From the sequence record LR694611: a DNA stretch of 64,000 nt; one strand, written 5' to 3'. Shown here in pieces: positions 27,704 to 36,601 of this stretch. Below the pieces are notes generated by a model. That model worked only from the letters and a program-made list of their open reading frames with translations, was not told where the DNA came from and ran no database searches. Position 1 is the stretch's first letter, and the number at the start of each line of letters is the position of its first letter. This DNA is from Escherichia phage rV5_ev158. The position numbers and the translations under genes are program-made.

Positions 27704-27941
27704 CTTAAATGCTGGAGACCATGTTGTTGTCAAATGCATCGGAGATTATCTTGGATTCACAATCGGCAATACTTACGAGGCGGTAGTGGCGAAGGTTTAC
27801 CATGATAAAGTCCTCAGTCTTGTATTTGACTGCGATGATGATGGGGATGACCGATACGTCTGTGAGGTGCTGGCACGAGACGATAGTGAAGACCAGAAAT
27901 TCCTGGTTATTGAACTGAACGGTATTTTTGTAGAACGTTAA
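27690..27941 (+). CDS. hypothetical protein
   Basis: ATG 27690 with AAGGAG upstream; listed ORF start 27624 less likely. Confidence 0.45.
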   Translation: MTKIDLNAGDHVVVKCIGDYLGFTIGNTYEAVVAKVYHDKVLSLVFDCDDDGDDRYVCEVLARDDSEDQKFLVIELNGIFVER

Positions 27942-27969
27942 TTTAAAACAACATAAGGAGACTCTTACT

Positions 27970-28275
27970 ATGGCTAAATCTAAAGTTGAACTGTTCACCT
28001 CTCTTCCTTCTGACACTGCAGAGCGTGATCGCCTTCGCAAAACAATCGAAGAACTGGTAGAACTCCAACTTCAGATTAAAGATCTGAAAGATGCCATTAA
28101 GGATATCATTCTCGTTGAGAAGCAGGATCACCTGTATTCTCCTAAATTCATCAAATCTCTGGTGGCTACCGAGTTCGATATTCGCTATGAGGCTGAAAAA
28201 CGTCGCGCTAAAATCGAAGAAGAGGTTGAGCACATGTCTGAGGCAGACATTCTGTTCAAACGCTCTGTAGAATAA
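27970..28275 (+). CDS. hypothetical coiled-coil protein
   Basis: 101 aa, charged heptad-like; followed by terminator. Confidence 0.5.
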   Translation: MAKSKVELFTSLPSDTAERDRLRKTIEELVELQLQIKDLKDAIKDIILVEKQDHLYSPKFIKSLVATEFDIRYEAEKRRAKIEEEVEHMSEADILFKRSVE

Positions 28276-28283
28276 TGACAAAG

Positions 28284-28307
28284 AGGGGGGCTTGGGCCCC
28301 TCTTTTT
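28284..28307 (+). terminator. Rho-independent terminator
   Basis: GAGGGGGGCTTGGGCCCCTC hairpin plus TTTTT. Confidence 0.65.
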
Positions 28308-28330
28308 ACTATCTATGAAGGAGATTTGAG

Positions 28331-28657
28331 ATGGGTATACCGATTACTGTAAAAGAGCTAAATGAACGTGATGCAGGTGGTCTATGGCCTGCACGAAAAA
28401 TCCGCTGCGTCTATATGAAAGAGAATCTTGAACATCTTGATCAACAGATAAAGGTCGGCGATATTTTCGAGGTCTTCTATTCCAATCGGCGCAACTGGGA
28501 AACCATTCAGCCTTCTGGTTTTGTTCTTGCCAAACTTGACACTGGAGAAGTGATTATCCCTGGGTTGGATATTGTCTTCGAAATTATCCAAGAGTGGGAT
28601 CCGGATAAGATTAGATACGAAGAATTATTCGGTAAAGGTATTATCAAACCTGTGTGA
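28331..28657 (+). CDS. hypothetical protein
   Basis: 108 aa. Confidence 0.45.
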   Translation: MGIPITVKELNERDAGGLWPARKIRCVYMKENLEHLDQQIKVGDIFEVFYSNRRNWETIQPSGFVLAKLDTGEVIIPGLDIVFEIIQEWDPDKIRYEELFGKGIIKPV

Positions 28658-28965
28658 GGTGGATTATGTCTACAAAGGCGGCTAAATACTCCTATATGCC
28701 ATCAACCTCTGCAGAGGTAGACTTTAGTTTCGATGTGTTTCCACTGTTTGAGGTGATTCTGGCATACCCAACAATACTATCTACTCCTGAATCACTTGTA
28801 CCTGTTAAGTTGCAGAACGCTATGCATTCTATGCACTACAACAACAAATGTAGGCACAGATGGTGTCAGGACGAGGAAAAAGATTTGGATAGTTTGAGGG
28901 ATTTTGACAGTCACCTTTTGACACCTTTCAGCTACTCCAACCTTGATAAGCCCTCATGGGTATAG
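28654..28965 (+). CDS. hypothetical protein
   Basis: 103 aa. Confidence 0.4.
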   Translation: MRWIMSTKAAKYSYMPSTSAEVDFSFDVFPLFEVILAYPTILSTPESLVPVKLQNAMHSMHYNNKCRHRWCQDEEKDLDSLRDFDSHLLTPFSYSNLDKPSWV

Positions 28966-28989
28966 CAAAATATCAAATTTAAGACACCT

Positions 28990-29016
28990 AGGACGCTCTG
29001 TGGCGTCCTTTTCTTT
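28990..29016 (+). terminator. Rho-independent terminator
   Basis: AGGACGCTCTGTGGCGTCCT hairpin plus TTTCTTT. Confidence 0.65.
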
Positions 29017-29177
29017 ATCTGGTGCACGATTGCATACCTTGGACAGATAATCTCGTTACAGAGCGTTTAAGAGCTTTCTACAAACAAGTCTCTCTTTCGA
29101 GCGTAGCGAGAACGCACGTCCGTTTTGACCCAAATCACCATACGCTCGGATTTTAACCAAACCCTCGCGGCGTTGCT

Positions 29178-29206
29178 GTTGACACATTACCGCTCCCGTG
29201 ATAGTA
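29178..29206 (+). promoter_or_regulatory. sigma70-like promoter TTGACA-17-TAGTAT
   Basis: -35 at 29178-29183, -10 at 29201-29206. Confidence 0.5.
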
Positions 29207-29239
29207 TCCACACACAGTTTGGAGAATATGGAATACACA

Positions 29240-29329
29240 ATGAGAACATTGTCTGAAGTTTTAGTGGTGATCCTGATGATCATTACTTCCATAGCGGCTG
29301 TTGCCGGAATACTCACGGGTGGAACATGA
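29240..29329 (+). CDS. small hydrophobic peptide, 29 aa
   Basis: Downstream of promoter; single TM-like VLVVILMIITSIAAVAGIL; stop overlaps next start (ATGA). Confidence 0.3.
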   Translation: MRTLSEVLVVILMIITSIAAVAGILTGGT

Positions 29330-29538
29330 TCAACACACATGCATCTGAAGAGACATCCGAAGGAGTGACCATATGTCCCTTGGATGAGCCAGTTAAAGAG
29401 GAAAACTTAGATTCTGAGGACTCTTCATCTTCGTCCCAGACAGATCCTGAGGCTGATGACCTGACGTGGGAGGACATCGTAGATATCTGGTTCTCTATTA
29501 TGCCTGAGCACGAAGAGTTCAGAGGTGGTAGACTATGA
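29326..29538 (+). CDS. small highly acidic, Ser-rich protein
   Basis: 70 aa; DSEDSSSSSQTDPEADD. Confidence 0.4.
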   Translation: MINTHASEETSEGVTICPLDEPVKEENLDSEDSSSSSQTDPEADDLTWEDIVDIWFSIMPEHEEFRGGRL

Positions 29539-29659
29539 AGCACCGAGCCCACACAGGTTCCTCATGCTAAAGCATGGCCTGAAGAGGCAAACGTGTATAA
29601 TTCTTGTGCATTGGAACGTATAAAACCCTGTTCACACTCTCATTCCCAGAGGAGATTTT

Positions 29660-29875
29660 ATGAAGATAGAGATATTTGGTGGAGCTGACAACACTCGTGG
29701 CCTGATTTACCTTGAATTCGATGAATCATACCTGCCAGAGGTGTTAAATATAGACTCTGTTGCTGAGGCTTTGGGAGTAAACCCTAAAGAACTCCACTCT
29801 TGTGCTGAGATCGATGGTTGGGAAGAGACCATGAACATTGATTTCAGTGAAGTAGAGGATGAACCGCTAGACTGA
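29660..29875 (+). CDS. small acidic protein (MKIE start)
   Basis: 71 aa; last plus-strand gene before the ORF-free zone. Confidence 0.45.
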   Translation: MKIEIFGGADNTRGLIYLEFDESYLPEVLNIDSVAEALGVNPKELHSCAEIDGWEETMNIDFSEVEDEPLD

Positions 29876-30004
29876 CACACAATCAGCTGCCCGGCTAAAG
29901 TGCTGGAAGCGCACCTATAACACATCTTTCAACTAAATTTCCTACCACCACAATCACTTACCTACCACACATGACTGTTTGCTTGTTTAGTGAGCAGTCA
30001 TGCC

Positions 30005-30033
30005 TTGACATTCTTGCCTATCCTGATAAAATT
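30005..30033 (+). promoter_or_regulatory. sigma70-like promoter TTGACA-16-TAAAAT reading into ORF-free DNA
   Basis: -35 at 30005-30010, -10 at 30027-30032; no ORF of 60 aa or more on either strand for about 2.2 kb downstream. Confidence 0.45.
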
Positions 30034-31382
30034 AAGTTCTTCTCTTTTCTTTTACCGAGTAATTCGGGTTTTCTGTTCTCTTCGGTTTGAAGGGGTATGG
30101 AGATACACCTGAGTGAACAGGGTGAACAACCGAACCATTGGCTATGGCATTAGCATGGCGAAGCGGACGGGTGACGAAAGAGGGGCCGGAGGACACCAGT
30201 CACTGCCATATGATATATGGGTGATAACCTGAAGAGTCTGAATAAGTGTTTAAGTACCAGTCAGAGGAAAAGGTGAATGGTAGCCGAAGGGGGATGGGGG
30301 GTTTCTTGTATCTTTAATTTGTATATTATGTATACACTTGTAAACCAATCTCATCTGAATCTGTTTACCACACAAAGCGGATAGAGACAAATATCACCTA
30401 TTAAACTTGAATTATTTATAGAAAATACCACAACACCACTTAAGTCTTTGATTTTACACACAAATCCTACAGATATTCAACCTCCATATTTAACATACTT
30501 GTAACATATTCCATACTCTACCTGTCTGATCAATTTCCCCAACTACATTCTCATATTTTCCCTGTCTGTACTACCCCTGCCCCGCCGGGAGTCCCGTCAT
30601 ATCTGGCTTTCCAGCAAATATCACACCCACAAATATCATTGCCTGAAGAGGGTTTCATCCCATAATACCTGCCTTACCTGAAGAGCGCTTCATACACCAC
30701 GTAAATTTTTTAATTGACCTCCCCCTGCCCCGCCGGAGAGGTTGGCTTTTCCCACACAGACCTGAAGAGTCAGCCAGAAATATCTGAACAGGCCCAATTC
30801 TACCACGATTTTGACCTGACCTACAGGGAGGCCCGAAGGGTCTAGCTTTCAGCTAGAGTCCTTGCAGGACCTACAGGAGCGCTGCCAGGCGGACGGAATG
30901 GGAATACTTCTCATTCTTATAACAATTCTCAAATATCGAGACAGTGAGAGAAATTAATAGGCCAGGCCGTTCACACAGTGGCACAACATTTGCAACCTAT
31001 TTTGGGTGGATGAATGAGAATACCTATCATTGTGAGAACTGTTATCATTACGGGCAATTTAACATAATACCCATTATGCGCACCACCGGCGATACATACA
31101 GGGATTGATAACATGGGTTACTGTTTACGCACATAACAATTATATTTCTTACTATTTGTGTGGGATATAGTTAGCAGCCGATAGATTAGATATTAACCTG
31201 CAGACTTCTGACCGTCCAGACGTCTAAACGCCCACACACCAAGGATTATACATACACTCCTGAATGTAAACAGGGCCGCAAAAATGCTACCATACAAGCT
31301 TGTAAATTTTTCATGCAGCACTTGACAAAGAGGAGAAAAACTTGTCTGACATAATGTGACCTAACTGACACAACATGACACT

Positions 31383-31471
31383 TTTACACACCTATTAGTT
31401 TACACACTGGATTGTTTACATTCCTGATTGTTCACATGCTAACCATTTACATGATTGACTGTTTACACACC
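31383..31471. repeat. iteron-like array, six copies of (T/A)GTT(T/C)ACA spaced 14-16 bp
   Basis: TTTTACACACC, AGTTTACACAC, TGTTTACATTC, TGTTCACATGC, CATTTACATGA, TGTTTACACACC; further TGTTTAC copies near 31121, 31265 (inverted), 31871, 31924, 31973. Confidence 0.6.
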
Positions 31472-31479
31472 GATAATCA

Positions 31480-31773
31480 GCCATGCCATTCGTTTGCATG
31501 AAAACAATTAACAAGATAACAATCGACAAGTTAATAATCTTTCGCTGGCTATGCCAGGTGACTAGGTCACCCCTTCGGGCGTTCCTATGACATAATATAA
31601 AAGCAGGGCAACTATTAGCAGATCTATAGTTGCCTTGCTTGTTATGTCATGATTAACTAAATACAAGGCAACTATGATCTGATTAATAGTTTGCAGACAA
31701 ACTATCACGGGGGTGATGGTTACTGCTTTTATATTATGTCGCGACTCCGTCGCGCCATGCCATTCGTTTGCAT
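31480..31773. repeat. 20 bp perfect direct repeats flanking a palindrome-rich 274 bp module
   Basis: GCCATGCCATTCGTTTGCAT at 31480-31499 and 31754-31773; between them a ~66 bp imperfect palindrome (31586-31652, centre AGATCT), GCAACTAT/ATAGTTGC inverted repeats and hairpin CGCGACTCCGTCGCG. Confidence 0.6.
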
Positions 31774-32380
31774 AGTTGCCTTATTGTTACGAATAAAACA
31801 ATTGCATTGTTAATGATTTCTTATCTTTCTCTTAGTCATCTAATGATTCCAGTCAGTATAGTAATGTACAGTAAACATTAGACGACTAAAGATTTCTCTG
31901 TTTATGATAACTCATCTTGATAATTTCGGACTGTTTACGAAAAATGTTGACACCTGAGCTGATTTATGTTATGCAGTTTACACGAATAATTATTTTATGC
32001 AGGTATTGACTATTCCGTTATTCTGTGGTTGGAATAAATACTTTGCAGGCTATAGAATGGCGTGCGTACGTGAATTCTGAGATCTGGCGGCTATAGTTAT
32101 ACTCGATTTTTCGCGTAGAACACGCTTTCGATGCTGTGTAAGTGTATGACTTATAAAGATTTTTAGTTGTTGACAAGATATTGGAGATGTGCATCAGGTT
32201 AAAATTTGTGCAATAGCGGCATTACGTGCACTTTTGGGAGAGAAAACGGGTAAAAATGGACTTGCTACCACACAATGAAAAATTATGCAATAGTTATTTT
32301 CCATGTATATTTGTACAGTATGTGGGATTGATGGCTAGTCAATTATTCCACTTGCCAGGTAGGGCCGTTTATGGTAGGAG

Positions 32381-32404
32381 AAGAGCAGACAAAAAGAAAG
32401 GGGC
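32381..32404 (-). terminator. Rho-independent terminator for the minus-strand block
   Basis: AGGGGCCTAAGCCCCT hairpin; on the minus strand it is followed by a T-run (plus-strand AAAAAGAAA upstream). Confidence 0.6.
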
Positions 32405-32433
32405 CTAAGCCCCTTGATAATTCAGTTAAAAAA

Positions 32434-32853
32434 TTATAATGATTCGTATATTTCAAAAATCCGATTTGCCAGGTCGTTACGGTAGCGGAATTTTTCCTCA
32501 CGTTTGATCATAAGATCTTTATAGCCGTACTCTTTAAGCACTTCATTAACTTTATGGCGGCATACTTTCATATTATCCTGCGCGTCACCAATAAATCTGT
32601 TGCTATGGTGCATGGCTTTAATTTCTTCTTCCAGGACCAGGGCAACTATGCGGACCGGATCAAGCTGATAGGCGGTAACATCCATGCGGCATTGTAAACG
32701 GCTTTTTACGTCTGCCACCGGATATACTGCAACCTCTTCCCCGTCAACATTGATAATAATTAGTTTACCATCGATTTCGAATCCTTTCGCCGCCGGACCG
32801 TGACAAAAAGCGTTATCAAAGCTATATGCCGGATTATTAGATTTAATGTTCAT
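32434..32853 (-). CDS. hypothetical protein
   Basis: 139 aa; last gene of the minus-strand block. Confidence 0.5.
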   Translation of the reverse strand: MNIKSNNPAYSFDNAFCHGPAAKGFEIDGKLIIINVDGEEVAVYPVADVKSRLQCRMDVTAYQLDPVRIVALVLEEEIKAMHHSNRFIGDAQDNMKVCRHKVNEVLKEYGYKDLMIKREEKFRYRNDLANRIFEIYESL

Positions 32854-32997
32854 GGTGTTTTTACCTCTTAGTTAATTTTCTTACAACTTCCCTTCAAAAA
32901 AGAATATAGCAAAACTGCCGATCCCTGTCAACCAGGGATAGCATAATTTTTATGTGATCAAGGGGCTTTATTGCCCCTGACCATGTAACTTGTTGTA

Positions 32998-33261
32998 TTA
33001 TTTGTTGCTCATCCAGTTTTCCCAAGCTGCCTGATAATCTGCCTCACTACGGCGGATCTCTTCTTGCTCTTCAAGGCGGATCTCTTCTTCCAGGTACCCC
33101 AAGATGTCAGCCTTTTTAGTCTGGCGTAGCATCCAGTCATCTTTTTTGCGAGTGAAGATCTTATAAGCTTTCTCGCAAACCTCTTTTTTGCTACCTTTCT
33201 GGACTTCAAGAACACGATAAGCCATATATTGAACTAATTTGAGCTGATCAAGACGTTTCAT
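32998..33261 (-). CDS. hypothetical protein
   Basis: 87 aa, charged. Confidence 0.45.
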   Translation of the reverse strand: MKRLDQLKLVQYMAYRVLEVQKGSKKEVCEKAYKIFTRKKDDWMLRQTKKADILGYLEEEIRLEEQEEIRRSEADYQAAWENWMSNK

Positions 33262-33321
33262 GATGTTTACCTCTTTGTGCGGTTCTGATTAGTGGGCCTT
33301 TTGGCCCGTGTCATTATCTTA

Positions 33322-33594
33322 TTACTTATGGCGGCAGAATTCAAGCGTTTTTAATTGATAATCTTCCTCAGCCTGGAGTACAACCGCCTCGATCATTTCG
33401 TTGGCATTGTTGAAGCCATACCCTTTAGCGAACTCGTCCGCACCACCTTCGTGATCATGTTCTGCGTTCATCGCTTCCACAAAATGGAATTCCAAATTGT
33501 TGAGGTAGGGGCTTGATGTGCCGTCTTCTTTTTCGATGAGATCCCAAATAGCATTAAAACGTGATTCGACTTCTTGATTAATCCAGCTTGACAT
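33322..33594 (-). CDS. hypothetical protein
   Basis: 90 aa; AGAGGAAAA upstream of ATG; TTGACA promoter-like sequence in the upstream intergenic region. Confidence 0.45.
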   Translation of the reverse strand: MSSWINQEVESRFNAIWDLIEKEDGTSSPYLNNLEFHFVEAMNAEHDHEGGADEFAKGYGFNNANEMIEAVVLQAEEDYQLKTLEFCRHK

Positions 33595-33812
33595 AGTGTT
33601 TTCCTCTCTTCTGGTTGTTGTGTGGGCACCTTTGCCCCTTCAAGATAAATGTTACCCCACCCCCTGGCAGATGTCAACGGTTTTTATAGTTCTTATATGA
33701 CAGGCAGGCCTGGTGATTGTCTCCCCCTGTTCCCAAGTGCCGCCCGTTTAATAAGAATAGCAAAAGGGGCCGAACAAGTCAACCCCAAAATCAGTACCAA
33801 AACACTTTTTAT

Positions 33813-34124
33813 TTATACGGTCCGGTCATTGGCCTTTGTCCAGGACCTGGCGATCCGTTTCCCAGTCACCTGGAACGGAGACTGCATTGTGTGTAATGAA
33901 TCCAGCGTAAGGGAGGACCGTTTACGGCGTATCTTCAGGATCGCCAATGTATTGTCCATCTCACGGCCAGGTCCTGGGCGGTATGGTGTGCCTCCAGCGT
34001 TAAGGTTGATGATCTCATGTATTGAGATCCGGCGTTGTTTTGCTTCCGCATCTTTGAAGATAGCCAGTGGAGGCGCTATGCGTTGCCGATACCAATCTAA
34101 AACGGTTGGCGTAATAGCGATCAT
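33813..34124 (-). CDS. hypothetical protein
   Basis: 103 aa; AGGGGGT 5 nt upstream of ATG; start overlaps upstream stop (ATGA). Confidence 0.45.
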   Translation of the reverse strand: MIAITPTVLDWYRQRIAPPLAIFKDAEAKQRRISIHEIINLNAGGTPYRPGPGREMDNTLAILKIRRKRSSLTLDSLHTMQSPFQVTGKRIARSWTKANDRTV

Positions 34125-34312
34125 ATTTTACCCCCTATGTAGTCCGGTCGGTTTTTCTCTGTCATGCGTTTTAGCAATTCTTGAATAATCCCTATTGCGG
34201 TTAATGTCTCATCTTCACGCTTTGAGTCAACATACCCGGGATCGTTTATAACTTTTGTCTGATTATGATATCTCAATACCGCCAACACTTTTACAGCTTC
34301 ATCAGTGGTCAT
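34121..34312 (-). CDS. hypothetical protein
   Basis: 63 aa. Confidence 0.4.
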   Translation of the reverse strand: MTTDEAVKVLAVLRYHNQTKVINDPGYVDSKREDETLTAIGIIQELLKRMTEKNRPDYIGGKI

Positions 34313-34457
34313 TATCGCACCTAAAACAATGAGTTAATATATAACACCAGATCGCTGACCACTAGAACAACACTGATCAGCACATACCTAACCATAAGGG
34401 TAAAGAGCGCCAATATTGACACCACAATCCCCAAGGTGGTGATTATCTTTTTCATGG

Positions 34458-34742
34458 TTAACGGTTCACGTAAGCTTTACCGTTTACCGTCATCGGCAAA
34501 TCTTCCAGGTCTGGATCTTCCTTAAGGTCACGAGCAAGCTCACCGCACCGGATACCCTCGAATCCGTAGTACTCTGTTGTACCGTCATTAAAAGTTTTAG
34601 TGGCAAGGCATAAGCGATAAGTAACCCCGATTCGATTGACGGCATGAATATCCGTTAGATTAACCTCTTTTGCCAGCTCATTAGCCATTGCAGGCGCATT
34701 AAGTCCAACAACCAGGGTAACCGCTGCGATCATCTTTTTCAT
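34458..34742 (-). CDS. secreted small protein (signal peptide)
   Basis: N-terminal MKKMIAAVTLVVGLNAPAMA signal-peptide-like; AAGAGGA upstream. Confidence 0.5.
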   Translation of the reverse strand: MKKMIAAVTLVVGLNAPAMANELAKEVNLTDIHAVNRIGVTYRLCLATKTFNDGTTEYYGFEGIRCGELARDLKEDPDLEDLPMTVNGKAYVNR

Positions 34743-34833
34743 TGTGTCTATCCTCTTTCTGCTACGTTTAAGGCGGCGGTAACCGCCTGTTTATGCTTTG
34801 TTGGTTAATTTTCAGGTATCTGTATAAATTAAA

Positions 34834-35049
34834 CTATGCTGTACGCTCAACTATAACAACGGTTTGGGGGATCTCCCCTTCCACCACTAGTAAGGCCTTT
34901 TTCTGCGTGATAGATATCTTTACCCGTTGCAGCGTGGCGGTGAAGTCTTTCATTTCGTCACGCGGTGTTTTAGTGCAGTACCAGATCTCAGGCTTGCCGA
35001 TCTGTAAGTTGCGTAAAAATTCTGTTTTGCCTGTTTTGTTAGTGATCAT
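34834..35049 (-). CDS. hypothetical protein
   Basis: 71 aa. Confidence 0.4.
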   Translation of the reverse strand: MITNKTGKTEFLRNLQIGKPEIWYCTKTPRDEMKDFTATLQRVKISITQKKALLVVEGEIPQTVVIVERTA

Positions 35050-35233
35050 TTGTCAACCTCACCCGATACCGTTGGAAGACAAGATCACATTAGCCATGGT
35101 TGCAATCAGGCCAATACCCAGGGCAATAACCGGGATCACAGCATCAATTAATTTTTGTTTCATGGTGTTTATTCTCTTCTGTTAGTAACCTTATTCATAG
35201 GGCCGCTGCCACGGCCCCAGGGTAAGGCGGCTA

Positions 35234-35479
35234 TTAGTGTTTCATTCCAACCATAGCGGCGCGGATCGCCGTAGTGCTGTACTTGAAGCCGTCCGGGGTC
35301 TTATCTTGTCCGGTTAGCTCCAGAAAAAGCATCATATCCCGCGCCGCATCATTACGATTAGCATTAGCGTTAATAAAGCCTTGGGCCAACCGGTACAATG
35401 ACTCATCGTTATTAATCCAAAGGCTTACATTCCAATGAGTTTTGTTTTTGTAACCGTTATAACCTTTATTGCTTTTCAT
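35234..35479 (-). CDS. hypothetical protein
   Basis: 81 aa. Confidence 0.45.
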   Translation of the reverse strand: MKSNKGYNGYKNKTHWNVSLWINNDESLYRLAQGFINANANRNDAARDMMLFLELTGQDKTPDGFKYSTTAIRAAMVGMKH

Positions 35480-35570
35480 GGTGTTTACCTCTTCTTTGTT
35501 CCGGGTGGCGGATCATTCTACCACCTTATGTATTATGCTTTGTTAGATGGTTGTTTGTTGTCAAACTATT

Positions 35571-35792
35571 TTAACGATAATCATCGTACGCTTTATTAAC
35601 CTGGCGAATATAACATTCAAAAGCTAGATCAATAGATTCATATTCACGGATATACTCACCATAGGAAACCACATACATTTCTATAGCTTCCTCATATGCG
35701 AGGAGAATAGAATCTAAGCCTACGATCTCGGTCTTTGCAATAATAGCCATGATTTTTATCCTCTTTGTGGTTGGTGGGGCTTGTTGCTCCAT
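35571..35792 (-). CDS. hypothetical protein
   Basis: 73 aa. Confidence 0.4.
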   Translation of the reverse strand: MEQQAPPTTKRIKIMAIIAKTEIVGLDSILLAYEEAIEMYVVSYGEYIREYESIDLAFECYIRQVNKAYDDYR

Positions 35793-35825
35793 TTTATTTA
35801 TATATTACAGTTTTATATGGTCATG

Positions 35826-36059
35826 TCAACTATTTTCAAAAAATTTTTCTGCTGTGATATTCTTTCCGGTAGGGTTCGCTACTTTCAAAATTCTATCATG
35901 CACCGGACGCCCGAAAGAATAAGATCCGTATACAGTAAACCAATAATCACCGTCAGGCTGTACTATTACCGCCGCATAGGGTACGCCTTTTTCGTTTTTG
36001 CTGACAAAATAGATCACATTGCCATTAATAGCCTCAGTGCGTTTAATTTGTTCCATCAT
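35826..36059 (-). CDS. hypothetical protein
   Basis: 77 aa. Confidence 0.45.
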   Translation of the reverse strand: MMEQIKRTEAINGNVIYFVSKNEKGVPYAAVIVQPDGDYWFTVYGSYSFGRPVHDRILKVANPTGKNITAEKFFENS

Positions 36060-36114
36060 GATGATTTACCTCTCTTTATTTTCATAATTGGGGGCCTTTT
36101 CGGCCCCGCCAGGT

Positions 36115-36399
36115 TTATTTATTGATAGCGTGCAGCGGGAAAGCTACGCCAGGTTGATAAATAACCTTTACAACCTCATCAGGACAAAAGAAGTTGCAGA
36201 ACTCACCGCAATAGGCCTCATCCTCTTTCAACTCTTCATCAACATACTCAAAAAAGTAGTCGATGCTTGGATAATCCTGGCCGGGATTATAGTCAACCAT
36301 CGTTAATAATAACTCTTGATCATTCCGTAGGATGTGCATACCCGCTTTTAAGTATTTTGCTTCCATTTCTACTACATCGCCAGCGGTAACAATAGCCAT
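36115..36399 (-). CDS. hypothetical protein
   Basis: 94 aa. Confidence 0.45.
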   Translation of the reverse strand: MAIVTAGDVVEMEAKYLKAGMHILRNDQELLLTMVDYNPGQDYPSIDYFFEYVDEELKEDEAYCGEFCNFFCPDEVVKVIYQPGVAFPLHAINK

Positions 36400-36526
36400 G
36401 ATTTTAACTCCTATCTATCTGGTCAACGATTGGGGGCCTCCCCCTCGACAACTCTTATTATCCATATTGTCGGGAATGATGCAAGTACTTCTTTAAAAAT
36501 TTTTTAAGCGCCCCGTATGCCGTTGT

Positions 36527-36567
36527 AACGCCAAAATAATAAAGGCCATGCAACCGCATGGCCTTTA
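36527..36567 (-). terminator. Rho-independent terminator
   Basis: 8 bp stem GGCCATGC/GCATGGCC; minus-strand transcript would have a T-rich tail after the hairpin. Confidence 0.55.
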
Positions 36568-36601
36568 TGTGATTATATTGCTGCAGGCCCTGCTAGGGGC
36601 C

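Noticed and set aside
32226-32408. Plus-strand ORF of 60 aa ending inside the terminator hairpin
   Set aside because: GTG start with no convincing ribosome-binding site or -10 element; lies in the convergence zone; kept as unlikely.
29880-32430. tRNA gene cluster in the ORF-free zone
   Set aside because: No GGTTCGANTCC-type T-arm motif or cloverleaf-compatible segment found by eye; needs a tRNAscan-SE or Infernal run to exclude fully.
33649-34188. Plus-strand ORF of 179 aa
   Set aside because: Antisense to two minus-strand ORFs that have good Shine-Dalgarno sites; its N-terminus is translated from the GGCAGGCC..GGTGA repeat motif; likely spurious.
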